Source: Burkholderiales bacterium
GTDB lineage: Bacteria > Pseudomonadota > Gammaproteobacteria > Burkholderiales > JALYOK01
Reading direction: 5' to 3'
NCBI GenBank assembly: GCA_046598945.1
Contig: JBKJHT010000050.1
Coordinates: 1,746-65,745 of the forward strand
Length of the DNA: 64,000 nucleotides
In this document: positions 1 through 8,781 of the stretch, in pieces
Layout of the letters: every line of letters starts with the position of its first letter
Numbering within the stretch: position 1 is the stretch's first letter
Made by a program: the position numbers and the translations under genes
The notes under the pieces: generated by a model
Databases searched by the model: none
Seen by the model: only the letters and a program-made list of their open reading frames with translations
What the model was told of the DNA's origin: nothing

Positions 1-377
1 TCTCGACGCCTTTAGGCGAGCAAACGCGAACGGCGCGAAGATCGTACGTGATAAACAAATTCCCCACCGGTACCGGCTTTTTGTCGAACTCCATCAGGAT
101 CGCCGGCGTGCCATCCCAGTTGTCGAGCAAATCGGCGAATGCCTCGTAACGGGTCGTCTTGTCCAAATACGTGATGCCTGTAGCGGCCAGGCGGAACTGC
201 ATAGTCGCGCCGGCCGGCTTGATAATTGCCCAACCCGACGCGATGCGTTGTTTTGCGCCCCCCTTCGCCATCGCATGCCCACTGGACAAAGCCCCTTGCG
301 CGTCGCCCACTGCGTCGCCGGTTTGAGTTACCAGGTGCCGGCCAAAAGCCTGATTTAATAGTTCAATGGCGTTCATG
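1..377 (-). CDS. hypothetical protein, N-terminal 125 codons only (ORF runs off the left window edge)
   Basis: Own minus-strand translation from ATG 377-375: MNAIELLNQAFGRHLVTQTGDAVGDAQGALSSGHAMAKGGAKQRIASGWAIIKPAGATMQFRLAATGITYLDKTTRYEAFADLLDNWDGTPAILMEFDKKPVPVGNLFITYDLRAVRVCSPKGVE, with no stop before position 1. It starts about 10 nt after the stop of ORF 388-1047 (operon-like). It is missing from the supplied track because it is edge-truncated. Track ORFs 12-233, 94-282 and 226-696 look like shadow frames. Family not recognised. Confidence 0.5.
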
Positions 378-387
378 GTGTGCACTT

Positions 388-1047
388 TCACAACGACGGC
401 GCATAGCACGCCGCGCGGTTCAGCACATTCCAGTACGCGGGTCGCCATGCGGCATCGAAAATTGGCAACGAGGTATCTCCGGTAAACATATTGATCGGCA
501 CGGGGCGCAGCGGTTCGCCGGCATAGCCGACCAGACCATCGAGTTCACCGTCGTCAAAAGTCCACTCGGAAACCTCACCGAAACCAGATGCCCGACGCTT
601 GCCGATGAATTGGATGGGTCGCAGCAATCGTTCAGCCTCATCAGCGGCGCCTTCGGCATACCAGGTGATCTCCGGTGCGGCAAACGCAGCATATGAATTC
701 ATGACGTTCGTTAACGACGTGTCGAATTTCTTATGCAGTTGGCCGTGCTTGTTTTTCTTGATCAAGTCTGGGTCAATTGAATGCGTTTCACGCAACCCAG
801 CAATGAACCCCTGTCGGATTTTGTCGATCGGCTCGAACACCGCAGCGGATGCGTGAAACAATCCGCTTGTCTGCTTAATTGGTACCGCCGCGTGCGCCGC
901 CTCAACGTTGCGCAATTCATCGAACAATTGCGCCGCCAAGATGCCGTCAAGCGTCATATGCCCGAGCTTGATAAACGGCGACTTCATCGTCGCGGTAACT
1001 CTGAATCTCTTATGCAACTTGGTTCCCCTTTCCTGAGATAAGCCCAT
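388..1047 (-). CDS. hypothetical protein with a RAMP-like glycine-rich loop; family not recognised
   Basis: 219-aa track ORF. The real start may be the internal MKSPFIKLGH (ATG at 987). FIGKRRASGFGEV resembles the G-rich loop of RAMP (Cas5/6/7-type) proteins, and TLDGILAAQLF resembles a Cas5-type N-terminal motif. This is motif-level resemblance only. No signal peptide. Confidence 0.55.
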   Translation of the reverse strand: MGLSQERGTKLHKRFRVTATMKSPFIKLGHMTLDGILAAQLFDELRNVEAAHAAVPIKQTSGLFHASAAVFEPIDKIRQGFIAGLRETHSIDPDLIKKNKHGQLHKKFDTSLTNVMNSYAAFAAPEITWYAEGAADEAERLLRPIQFIGKRRASGFGEVSEWTFDDGELDGLVGYAGEPLRPVPINMFTGDTSLPIFDAAWRPAYWNVLNRAACYAPSL

Positions 1048-1349
1048 TTGGCGCCGCGTAAACGATGTAGTGCATTATGCCGGCCCGACCTAGTTACGAA
1101 CTACGTTCTATTTGGGCTGTCCGCCGTGTGCGGAGAGTTGGGGAGGTTTTGACGGCGTAAACTAATGACATTCGTAAAGTCACTTCCCAACAAAGAATTG
1201 GAAGATATTTCGGTATGTTAACGGCGTCGATCTGCTCTCAACATGCGTGGTAAAAAAGACACTCGGTGTAGATTTCAAACGACGGTTGTTGCTAGCAAGT
1301 GCATCGTTTTGAAGTTACGGTCTTGGCTGGCACGAGACCGCAAGTGCAG

Positions 1350-1386
1350 CCTTGTGTGCGAAAACTTCCGTTTCTTGAAGTGCCCC
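1350..1386 (-). mobile_element. Tn3-family terminal inverted repeat, copy 1 (outer GGGG at 1386, transposon interior towards lower coordinates)
   Basis: The minus strand reads GGGGCACTTCAAGAAACGGAAGTTTTCGCACACAAGG. This has the same layout as Tn3/Tn21-type 38-bp IRs (GGGG...ACGGAA...CGCAC..AAG). About 80% identical to copy 2 at 31906-31943. Confidence 0.7.
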
Positions 1387-1682
1387 TACACATGCCTTTT
1401 GATGTCCATGCTTTGATGCAGGACGCGCACAATCCGAATGCCCTGCTTCTTGGCCCTATAAATCACAATACGCGATTAATATTCAAACCGCCGCAAGTTT
1501 GGCGCCAATTCCTGCGCGCTGCTTCCTTGCATCGGATGTTCTGCAAGCGCGGCGAAGCGCTCGTGTAAGCCCAGAAGATACGCCCTCGCCTGTTCCAATC
1601 CGAAATTGAGGATCGTGTATTCGTAAATGCCAGCGAGATCGGCATCGGCTTTTGATAAGAGTTTATAGTCGGCCATCCGCAC
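1386..1682 (-). pseudogene. parE: ParE/RelE-fold toxin with one in-frame nonsense codon
   Basis: Track ORF 1476-1682 (68 aa, ...GLHERFAALAEHPMQGSSAQELAPNLRRFEY) ends at TAA 1476-1478. The same frame continues SRIVIYRAKKQGIRIVRVLHQSMDIKRHV to TAG 1386-1388, giving a normal ~98-aa ParE with the typical IVRVLHxxMD tail. Overlaps the parD stop by 20 nt. Confidence 0.8.
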
Positions 1683-1917
1683 GCAGCCGGGATTCGACTT
1701 CCTTCATGATCTGCGGGATGGTGCGAACGCTGTCGGCGCTGTTCAATCCTTCCTCAATCGCGATCTTGAGGGTTTGAAATTTAGCGCTGTCTTGGTCGCG
1801 TCGGATCAAGTCGCGGATATATTCGCTGTCGTTCGTGAAGTCACCGGCTTCAATTTGCGCTTTGATCCATTGATCTTGCTGATCCGTGACGGTGATGGTT
1901 TTTCGGGTGGTGCCCAT
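1663..1917 (-). CDS. parD: ParD antitoxin (ribbon-helix-helix, type II TA)
   Basis: 84 aa, MGTTRKTITVTDQQDQWIKAQIEAGDFTNDSEYIRDLIRRDQ...: classic ParD/COG3609 sequence, directly upstream of parE. Confidence 0.85.
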   Translation of the reverse strand: MGTTRKTITVTDQQDQWIKAQIEAGDFTNDSEYIRDLIRRDQDSAKFQTLKIAIEEGLNSADSVRTIPQIMKEVESRLRADGRL

Positions 1918-2092
1918 GGTAGGTCTCCAAAAACTCGGAAATTCATACTATTGATGCTTTTATCAACTTTTCATCATACATCGTTATGTCCACCAGTCAA
2001 TCGTTACCCCTGTTGGCACAACCGCCGAGCAAGTCTTATCCCAGCGATGCGGCATCACCCAACCCAGTACTGTTCGGTTAGCCGTTCGGGTT

Positions 2093-2128
2093 GAGCCTGT
2101 CGAGGCCCATTCACCCTTCGACAGGCTC
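2093..2128. repeat. REP-like palindromic hairpin
   Basis: GAGCCTGTCGAGG (2093-2105) pairs with CTTCGACAGGCTC (2116-2128), 12/13 complementary. Intergenic. The overlapping track ORF 1984-2166 is its translation artefact. Confidence 0.6.
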
Positions 2129-2549
2129 AGGACGAACGAGCTTAAGCGAACAGCATTGTCACCCAACCCGCACCGGCCGACGCACCGCCCAATCAGGGCG
2201 TTCAGGTAGGCTATCCCATTGAAGTCTCGGACGAGTTAAAGGCGTTGTCGTGCTCGACGTCACACGCCGCAGCGCGACGGAATTGCGCGCATTGCTGCGT
2301 CAACACCATTGGGGGTATGGCGTGGCTATGTGATCTATTCCATCGCCGCACTTCGGCGTCAGAAGAAGTCAAATCCGAGCGCATCGTGCATATAACCGCA
2401 ATCTCGATTACGCCGGACGGTTAGGCTACGGTAGCGACTTCACCCGCATCGGCATCTATGTCGACGGCGTCAAGATCGCCAGCCCGAATACCGCGCCGGA
2501 CTGGAAGAACAGGCTGGAAGCCGCACCGGATATGGCTGCTGGCAACGCC

Positions 2550-3638
2550 CTACTCTTCCGGTTTCTTTTTCCCGCTCTGTGCTAAATCTTGGTGGATGAC
2601 TTTGCCATAGCTGGCAAAGTTGTAGGCCGTGCCGCTGGCCTTGGCGACTTGGCGAACCGCCGACCAATCGGGCTGATAATCGATCGGCACAAAGCGCGTC
2701 GCGCCATCGAAGACGTTCTTCAATTCATCGCTAAACTGAAAATTGAAAAAACATTCGCGCACGCGCTTGGCCAGATCCGGCGCGAGATCATGGGCGTGAA
2801 CAAACGCGGAGGTCGGGAACGGATCGCTGCGGAAAATAATGCGAAAGTCATTCGCCTTGATCTGCCCGCGCCGCACCATCCGATCAAACACGGACGACGA
2901 TAACACCGCCGCATCGTAGTCGCCCGACGACACGCCGAGCACGGACTGATCGTGTTTGCCGGAATAGACGACGCGGTAGTCCACGTCGGGCTTTAGCCCA
3001 TGGGCGGGAAACAAAGCGCGCGGCGCAAGGTTGCCGGAATTCGACGTGACCGAGGTGTGCGCAATCGTTTTGCCCTTAAGATCCGCCAGGCTGGCATAGG
3101 GCTGATCGCTGCGCACCAAGACGATCAAACGATAACCTTGAATTCCCTCCGCCACCCCCTTCGCGGCAAAGGGCACGGCGCCCGCCAGATTCACCGCGAA
3201 TCCGGTGGTGCCGGTGGAAAATGCGGCGATATGTAAGTTGCCCGTGCGCAGCGCGTCGACTTCGCTGTTATTCGTCTGAATGGCGCGAAACCGAATCGGC
3301 TTGCCAACACAGCGTCCGAGATATTCGGCGAACGGTCGCCACATTTTCGCGAACATCATCGGGTCTTCAATCGGACTGTAGCTGAAAATGAGTTCCGCCG
3401 GATCTTTGAGCTTGCTGGGACTTCTAGGCAAGTCGGCTACCAGATCGTGATTCTCATCACAATAGATAATGTCGAGTTCGCCTCGATTACCGCACGTCTG
3501 CGCCTGGGCGGCCCCGCTCAATGCGCAGAACACACCAAGCGCGAAGGCCGTTCTCGCGCGTTTATTTATTCTTGTCGGCGGCACGATAGCTGATGCGATA
3601 GACCACACCATTTTGATCATCGGAAAGAAGCATCGCAC
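2550..3638 (-). CDS. PhnD-like periplasmic substrate-binding protein (phosphate/phosphite/phosphonate ABC-type), orphan
   Basis: ...GNLHIAAFSTGTTGFAVNLAGAVPFAAKG...GYRLIVLVRSD...LKGKTIAHTSVTSNSGNLAPR... Signal-peptide-like RTAFALGVFCALSGAAQA. The annotated ATG overlaps the upstream gene by 77 nt, so the true start is probably internal (e.g. in-frame GTG at 3584). No cognate permease or ATPase nearby. Confidence 0.7.
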   Translation of the reverse strand: MRCFFPMIKMVWSIASAIVPPTRINKRARTAFALGVFCALSGAAQAQTCGNRGELDIIYCDENHDLVADLPRSPSKLKDPAELIFSYSPIEDPMMFAKMWRPFAEYLGRCVGKPIRFRAIQTNNSEVDALRTGNLHIAAFSTGTTGFAVNLAGAVPFAAKGVAEGIQGYRLIVLVRSDQPYASLADLKGKTIAHTSVTSNSGNLAPRALFPAHGLKPDVDYRVVYSGKHDQSVLGVSSGDYDAAVLSSSVFDRMVRRGQIKANDFRIIFRSDPFPTSAFVHAHDLAPDLAKRVRECFFNFQFSDELKNVFDGATRFVPIDYQPDWSAVRQVAKASGTAYNFASYGKVIHQDLAQSGKKKPEE

Positions 3639-4674
3639 CGTCTGGCATGAGCAAAAAATCGACCGGTCGGCCCCAGTTGCGTTGGCCGTTTAGCCAGCCT
3701 TCCGCGAACGTCTCCTGGAATTTTTCACCTTTGTCGTTGGCGCTGATGCGCACGACTTTATAGCCGCTCTTTTGGCTGCGGTTCCAGGAGCCGTGCTCGG
3801 CAACGAACACGCTGTTGCGATATTCGGCAGGGAACATGTTACCGCTATAAAAACGCACCCCAAGCGGCGCGACGTGGGCGCCCAGATTGACTTCCGGCGC
3901 CACAAATTCGCTGCAATTTCGCTTGCGTCCAAATTCGGGATCGGGCGTGTCGCCTTGGTGGCAATAAGGAAATCCGAAATGCAGCCCCGCTTTCGGCGCC
4001 CGATTCAGTTCGCAAGAAGGAACATCATCACCCATCATGTCGCGGCCGTTGTCGCTAAACCACAGCTCTTTGGTTTGCGGATGCCAATCGAAACCGACAC
4101 TGTTGCGCACGCCGTGCGCGAACACTTCCAGTTGCGACCCGTCGGGCTTCATACGCATAATGCTCGCGTAGCGATCGGAGACCGCCTCGCACACATTGCA
4201 CGGCGCGCCGACCGGTACGTAGAGCCAACCATCGGGGCCGAACGCAATGTATTTCCAGCCGTGATGCATTTCGCGCGGCAACTTGTCGGTGACAACGACG
4301 GGTTTGGGCGGATTACTCAGATTGGCTTCAATGTTGTCGTAGCGCAGGATGCGATTGATCTCGGCAACGTATAGCGAGCCATCGCGAAACGCGACGCCGT
4401 TCGGCACGTTCAGGCCGCTGGCGAGGGTAATGACTTGGTCGGCTGTTTGATCGCCGTTCTTGTCGACCAATGCGTAGACTTCGCCACCGCCACGCGTACC
4501 GACGAACACCGTGCCGTTTTTGCCCAGCGCCAGGGAGCGCGCGTTCGGCACATCGGCGGCATACACGGCGATGGAAAATCCCGGTGGCAATTTGATTTGA
4601 TCGAGCGGCAAGGCAGCCCGGGCCGATGCAGCCAGCAGGCCCAACATGAGTACGCTACTAAACAACAATTTCAT
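3562..4674 (-). CDS. soluble PQQ-dependent sugar (glucose/sorbosone) dehydrogenase family protein
   Basis: 370 aa. Signal peptide MKLLFSSVLMLGLLAASARA, beta-propeller-like repeats, ...HHGWKYIAFGPDGWLYV...GFPYCHQGDTPDPEFG... Confidence 0.75.
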   Translation of the reverse strand: MKLLFSSVLMLGLLAASARAALPLDQIKLPPGFSIAVYAADVPNARSLALGKNGTVFVGTRGGGEVYALVDKNGDQTADQVITLASGLNVPNGVAFRDGSLYVAEINRILRYDNIEANLSNPPKPVVVTDKLPREMHHGWKYIAFGPDGWLYVPVGAPCNVCEAVSDRYASIMRMKPDGSQLEVFAHGVRNSVGFDWHPQTKELWFSDNGRDMMGDDVPSCELNRAPKAGLHFGFPYCHQGDTPDPEFGRKRNCSEFVAPEVNLGAHVAPLGVRFYSGNMFPAEYRNSVFVAEHGSWNRSQKSGYKVVRISANDKGEKFQETFAEGWLNGQRNWGRPVDFLLMPDGAMLLSDDQNGVVYRISYRAADKNK

Positions 4675-4717
4675 CTAAATACTCCTTGGAGAACCTTATC
4701 CAGAGCGGCTCTCCGGC

Positions 4718-5155
4718 CTATTCTTCGCGCCACCAGGTTTGCGTGCGGCCAATTAGGGCAATGCCGATGTAGCCTCGGACATCAAGTTTTTTTCCGCTAT
4801 CGATCAGCTTCATTTTACAGCGGTAAATCTTGCCGTTTTCCGGATCGAGGATTTCGCCGCCCTTGAATTCATTACCGTCTTTTTTCAGACCCCACATGAA
4901 GGTCATGCCCTGGATTTTCTGATTCTTGCGCGGCGCATCGCATTTCTCGCACACTCGCTCGGGGTTGTCATCTTCGCGCAAACCCTTTTCGACGATGCCT
5001 TTGTACTCGCCGTTTTCCTCAACAATGCGCACCAGGGAACGTGGCTTGTTGGTTTTATCGTCTATGGTTTTCCACAGGCCAACCGGGCCATCTGCAGCAA
5101 ACGAAAGCGGCGCGAACAATAATAACGTCAAGATAAGAACGAAACGACCCATCAA
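4718..5155 (-). CDS. DUF2147 domain-containing periplasmic protein
   Basis: 145 aa. Signal peptide, then GLWKTIDDKTNKPRSLVRI...GGEILDPENGKIYRCKMKL...LDVRGYIG...GRTQTWWR, typical of DUF2147. Confidence 0.8.
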   Translation of the reverse strand: MMGRFVLILTLLLFAPLSFAADGPVGLWKTIDDKTNKPRSLVRIVEENGEYKGIVEKGLREDDNPERVCEKCDAPRKNQKIQGMTFMWGLKKDGNEFKGGEILDPENGKIYRCKMKLIDSGKKLDVRGYIGIALIGRTQTWWREE

Positions 5156-5179
5156 TGCTTTTCTCCTCGAAAAATACTG

Positions 5180-6022
5180 CTAGGTCTGCGGCGACGGCTG
5201 GCGATCCTGCAAAATATCTTCGACGCGCAGTCCAACCCATTTCTTGATCTTCGGGTGAGTCAAAATATAAAACTGGTTGGCCGCAATCGCCGCGAACACG
5301 ATCTCCGCCACCATCGGCGCGCTCACTTTTCCCGATTGGATTGCATGTCGAGCCGACTCTTCCAATTTAATATCGTCCGCTTCCTTTCGTTCCACGCTAT
5401 TTTGCAGATCGTCCGGACGGTTGCGCGCGGAATCCCAAATCGCCGTGTTTACCCACGCAGGGCACAATACCGACACATCGATGTTCGCACCGCGGCGCTT
5501 GAGGTCGTGATACAGCGTTTCCGATAGCGTTACCACGCCGTGTTTCGCAACGTTGTAAGCGGCCATACCTTGGGTCGAGAGCATGCCAGCGACGGACGCG
5601 GTATTGATAATATGGCTCGGCGAAGCTTGCTTCAACATGATCGGCGTAAACACGCGCACGCCATGAATCACGCCCCATAAATCGACGCCCAACACCCATT
5701 CCCAATCGGCGACGCTGGTTTCCCAGGCGGTTTTGTTGAGTGCGACGCCGGCGTTGTTGAACAATAAATGCACCGCGCCAAAACGCTCCATGGTCTTGTC
5801 GGCCAGTTGTTCCACATCTTCCGCAATCGCGACGTTGGTGCGCACCGCTAACACCTCGACGCCTTGACCGGCGAATTCCATCTGCGCTTGTTTCAGCGCA
5901 CGCTCTTCGATATCCGAGAGTACCAGCTTCATGCCCTTTTTCGCCGCGAAGCGTGCAATCTCCAGGCCCAGTCCACTGGCGCCGCCGGTGATGACGGCGA
6001 CTTTATCCTTGAACTCTTTCAT
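5180..6022 (-). CDS. short-chain dehydrogenase/reductase (SDR) family oxidoreductase
   Basis: ITGGASGLGLEIA (TGxxxGxG), NNAG, YNVAKH (YxxxK). Confidence 0.85.
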   Translation of the reverse strand: MKEFKDKVAVITGGASGLGLEIARFAAKKGMKLVLSDIEERALKQAQMEFAGQGVEVLAVRTNVAIAEDVEQLADKTMERFGAVHLLFNNAGVALNKTAWETSVADWEWVLGVDLWGVIHGVRVFTPIMLKQASPSHIINTASVAGMLSTQGMAAYNVAKHGVVTLSETLYHDLKRRGANIDVSVLCPAWVNTAIWDSARNRPDDLQNSVERKEADDIKLEESARHAIQSGKVSAPMVAEIVFAAIAANQFYILTHPKIKKWVGLRVEDILQDRQPSPQT

Positions 6023-6071
6023 CTTGTTTGGCGACCCCTAGCAATGGCAGTTTTAATCGGCGTTGCAGTAT

Positions 6072-6443
6072 TTAGAAGTTGCGCAGCGCACCACATTTCG
6101 CCGGCTTACGCGGATCGTCCTCCGCAAGAATCGCCTTCGCCGCTTTCATGTGCTCATTGCGCCAGCATTCCGAACCCAGGCGCACCGCCATCAAGTCATG
6201 GCCCAGGCAGATCAAGTAACCATCGGCGATCAAACCGCTATCCTTGCAAAACCGGCCCTCGATGATTTCCGCCTGCCCCATTTTTTGGTAGGTACTCAAT
6301 TCGATTTTAGGATCGAAACATTGCGCCATGTATCGCGTCAGATCGTCGAGCGTGCAAGCAGTGGCGGCGTGGATCGGCAACGACGGCAGCATCAGCAACA
6401 GCACGGCTGCGATGGCGCGTAATAATTTCGTACGGAATGTCAT
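6072..6443 (-). CDS. small secreted six-Cys protein, paralog 1 of 3 (unknown family)
   Basis: 123 aa with a signal peptide. Cys spacing C-x11-C-x23-C-x12-C-x13-C-x23-C. Shared motifs GRFC and DPRKPAxC with ORFs 6464-6814 and 6845-7207. Confidence 0.7.
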   Translation of the reverse strand: MTFRTKLLRAIAAVLLLMLPSLPIHAATACTLDDLTRYMAQCFDPKIELSTYQKMGQAEIIEGRFCKDSGLIADGYLICLGHDLMAVRLGSECWRNEHMKAAKAILAEDDPRKPAKCGALRNF

Positions 6444-6463
6444 GGCACGCCTTCGATAGAGTT

Positions 6464-6814
6464 TTAGTTACAAGCCGCCGGCTTGCGTGGATCGTTTTCG
6501 GGAATCAAATTCACCGCGAGTTCCAGCATCGCCGGCGCACCGCAGCCCATGATGCTTTTGACGGCATCGGGATTGTCACCTTGGCAGCGGAACATACCGT
6601 CACGCGTTAAATCGCCTTTGCCGCAGAACCGCCCTTTGACTAAATCATCCAGCCCTGCTTTCTGATAATCGGACGGCGCGCTGATACTCAGACACGCCGT
6701 GATATGCGTAGCCATGCCTTCGCGATTGCATAAATCCCGAGCAGCAACCGCCGTCGTAGAAAGCACCGCGAGGGCGCCGAAAATAATCGGTACGACAGTA
6801 TGTTGGAGTTTCAT
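6464..6814 (-). CDS. small secreted six-Cys protein, paralog 2 of 3
   Basis: 116 aa. Signal peptide MKLQHTVVPIIFGALAVLSTTAVAA. Same Cys spacing (x11, x22, x12, x13, x23). KGRFCGK and NDPRKPAAC. Confidence 0.7.
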   Translation of the reverse strand: MKLQHTVVPIIFGALAVLSTTAVAARDLCNREGMATHITACLSISAPSDYQKAGLDDLVKGRFCGKGDLTRDGMFRCQGDNPDAVKSIMGCGAPAMLELAVNLIPENDPRKPAACN

Positions 6815-6844
6815 TTTGCTTTTACCAGTAGTGGAAAAGATTAA

Positions 6845-7207
6845 CTAAATTCTGCCGCTGCAATCGGCCGGCTTGCGGGTTTCGTTATCGGCAATGGCCT
6901 GCTTCGCCGCCGCCGCGTGGGATTCCGTCTTGCACGCAAGAATCGTTTTAACTTGATTAATATCATGCAGCCAACAGGACATCACGCCATCGGCCACAAA
7001 CGGCGGTTTGCCGCAAAAATGACCCTTGAGGATATTGTCGCGACCATCCTGCTGTAATTTGGAAAGATCTTTTTGTGCGGGATCAAGACACCAGGTGATC
7101 AGCGCTGCGATTTCGTCGATCTTGCAACCCAGGTCGTATTCCGCACGTGCCGCGCCATTGATTGCAAAAACTATGGTTGCCGCGGCGATAGTTGTCCACC
7201 ACTTCAT
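6845..7207 (-). CDS. small secreted six-Cys protein, paralog 3 of 3
   Basis: The track ORF extends to 7312 but overlaps the thiolase 3' end. A start at MKWWTTIAAATIVFAINGAARA (ATG at 7207) gives a signal peptide and the same Cys spacing (x11, x24, x12, x13, x23). KGHFCGK and NETRKPADC. Confidence 0.65.
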   Translation of the reverse strand: MKWWTTIAAATIVFAINGAARAEYDLGCKIDEIAALITWCLDPAQKDLSKLQQDGRDNILKGHFCGKPPFVADGVMSCWLHDINQVKTILACKTESHAAAAKQAIADNETRKPADCSGRI

Positions 7208-7220
7208 ATTAATTCCTTCG

Positions 7221-8429
7221 TTAAATTCGTTCGATGATAGTCGCCGTCGCCATGCCATGGCCGATGCACATGGTCTGCAAACCGAACTGACCGCCGCTGG
7301 CTTCCAGACCAACGAGCATTTTTGCCATCAACCCGCCGCCGGTTGCCCCGAGCGGATGACCATGGGCAATCGCACCGCCCCATGGGTTAACTTTGTCCAT
7401 ATCCGGTTTGATCTCACGCGACCAGCCCAACACTACGGTGGCGAACGCTTCGTTGATTTCAAACCAGTCGATATCCGCCACACTCAGCCCCGCCTTCTTT
7501 AACGCCAATTGCGTCGCCGGGATGACACCCATCAATTGCAACGTTGGGTCGGAACCCACCACCACACGCGCGCGAAATCTTGCCCGCGGCTTGAAGCCAT
7601 CGGTCGTCGCTACGTCACGATCGGCCAACAATACCGCCGACGCGCCATCGGAAATTTGGCTGGCATTGGCGGCCGTCACCACGCCGTTGCCGGCGGGACG
7701 GAATACCGTCTTTAATTCCGCCATGCGCTGCTCGTCGATCACCTCGCGCACGCCTTCATCGCGCGTGAAATTCGCCACTGCGGCGTGGGGATCGACACCG
7801 GGGGTCATGATCACTTCTTTATTGCGCTCGGCTTTCGCGGCCGCCGTCGCCTTGCGATGGCTATCCTTGGCGAAATCGTCGACATCTTTGCGCGTCAGCC
7901 CCCATTTCTCGGCAATGCGCTCAGCGCTTTCACCCTGATGAATCAGATCATGTTGTTTGAACAACTCGGGGTTGAGCAACTCGAATCCTTGGGTCGATTG
8001 TCCGAGGGAAATATCCAGAAACATCGGCACCCGCGTCATGCTCTCGACGCCGCAACCGATGGCGTATTGCATATCCCCCGCCGCAATAGCTTGAGCGGCA
8101 AAATGCACCGCTTGCTGCGACGAGCCGCACATGCGATTCAGCGAAACGCCCGGCACTTCAACAGGAAAACCGGCTAGCAACACGCCGAGGCGCCCAGGAT
8201 TGGCGCCTTGCTCACCGGCGAGCGTCACCGTGCCGTTGACAACGTCCTCGATCTTTGCCGGATCGATGCCCACTCGATTCACCAAACCCTTCAACGCGTG
8301 AGCCAACAAACTATCGGGGCGCGTCTCGCGCAATGCGCCGCCGCGGCGGCCGAAAGGCGTGCGCACCGCCTCCAAAATTACTGCTTCTGACATACCATGC
8401 TCCGTAGCCCAATCAATCAAGAATGGCAT
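7221..8429 (-). CDS. acetyl-CoA C-acyltransferase (thiolase)
   Basis: 402 aa. [13 protein letters not shown] (nucleophilic Cys), [25 protein letters not shown]. The start may be the internal [15 protein letters not shown]. Confidence 0.9.
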   Translation of the reverse strand: MPFLIDWATEHGMSEAVILEAVRTPFGRRGGALRETRPDSLLAHALKGLVNRVGIDPAKIEDVVNGTVTLAGEQGANPGRLGVLLAGFPVEVPGVSLNRMCGSSQQAVHFAAQAIAAGDMQYAIGCGVESMTRVPMFLDISLGQSTQGFELLNPELFKQHDLIHQGESAERIAEKWGLTRKDVDDFAKDSHRKATAAAKAERNKEVIMTPGVDPHAAVANFTRDEGVREVIDEQRMAELKTVFRPAGNGVVTAANASQISDGASAVLLADRDVATTDGFKPRARFRARVVVGSDPTLQLMGVIPATQLALKKAGLSVADIDWFEINEAFATVVLGWSREIKPDMDKVNPWGGAIAHGHPLGATGGGLMAKMLVGLEASGGQFGLQTMCIGHGMATATIIERI

Positions 8430-8507
8430 ACTACCAGATTAATGTTTCAGAATTATTTGCACTACCTCGCCAGACGCTAATAGCCACGCGCTTCCTAGCG
8501 TATGCCA

Positions 8508-8539
8508 CGCCACGAATCAAGCTGGGCGCGGCGCTTGGC
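8508..8539. repeat. 32-nt dispersed repeat (second copy at 28378-28409)
   Basis: CGCCACGAATCAAGCTGGGCGCGGCGCTTGGC versus CGCCACGACACAAGCTGGGCGCGGCGCTTGGC (2 mismatches). Both copies are intergenic. Confidence 0.7.
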
Positions 8540-8781
8540 GGCATCTTGAAATTCAATCCGACACCCGGCTATTTCGTGATATTTTTGACGAGTACGAATT
8601 GAGGGTGAGCGGCGAAATCGAAACAGGTGATAAGCCAAACGCCTTATCCCGACTTACGTTTGGCAAGGTATGCCTGGAGAGGCGTACTGCTATTGGCTTG
8701 CAGCCCGGTGCTGATTTTTTCACATTAGGCAACTCACGCGCTTTGCGGGTATCATAGTTTCATTCGATATAGAGAATTTCT

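Noticed and set aside
12-696. Track ORFs 12-233(-), 94-282(-), 226-696(+) and 420-692(-) at the left edge
   Set aside because: They are Arg/Pro/Ser-rich, non-protein-like translations. A different minus-strand frame (1-377) gives a plausible protein contiguous with ORF 388-1047, so these are shadow frames.
2160-2549. Possible gene remnant (frames giving ...GYPIEVSDELKAL..., ...VVVLDVTRRSATELRALLRQ..., ...DFTRIGIYVDGVKIASPNTAPDWKNRLEAAPD...)
   Set aside because: The protein-like snippets are in three different frames and none is assignable to a family. This is insufficient for a pseudogene call.
8634-8720. Candidate sRNA or riboswitch upstream of nadB: 8-bp hairpin GCCAAACG/CGTTTGGC (8634-8664) and CAGC-ccggt-GCTG followed by ATTTTTT (8701-8720)
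   Set aside because: The terminal hairpin has only a 4-bp stem. I recognised no known riboswitch consensus. It could equally be the 5' UTR of the divergent thiolase gene. Not supportable without RNA data.
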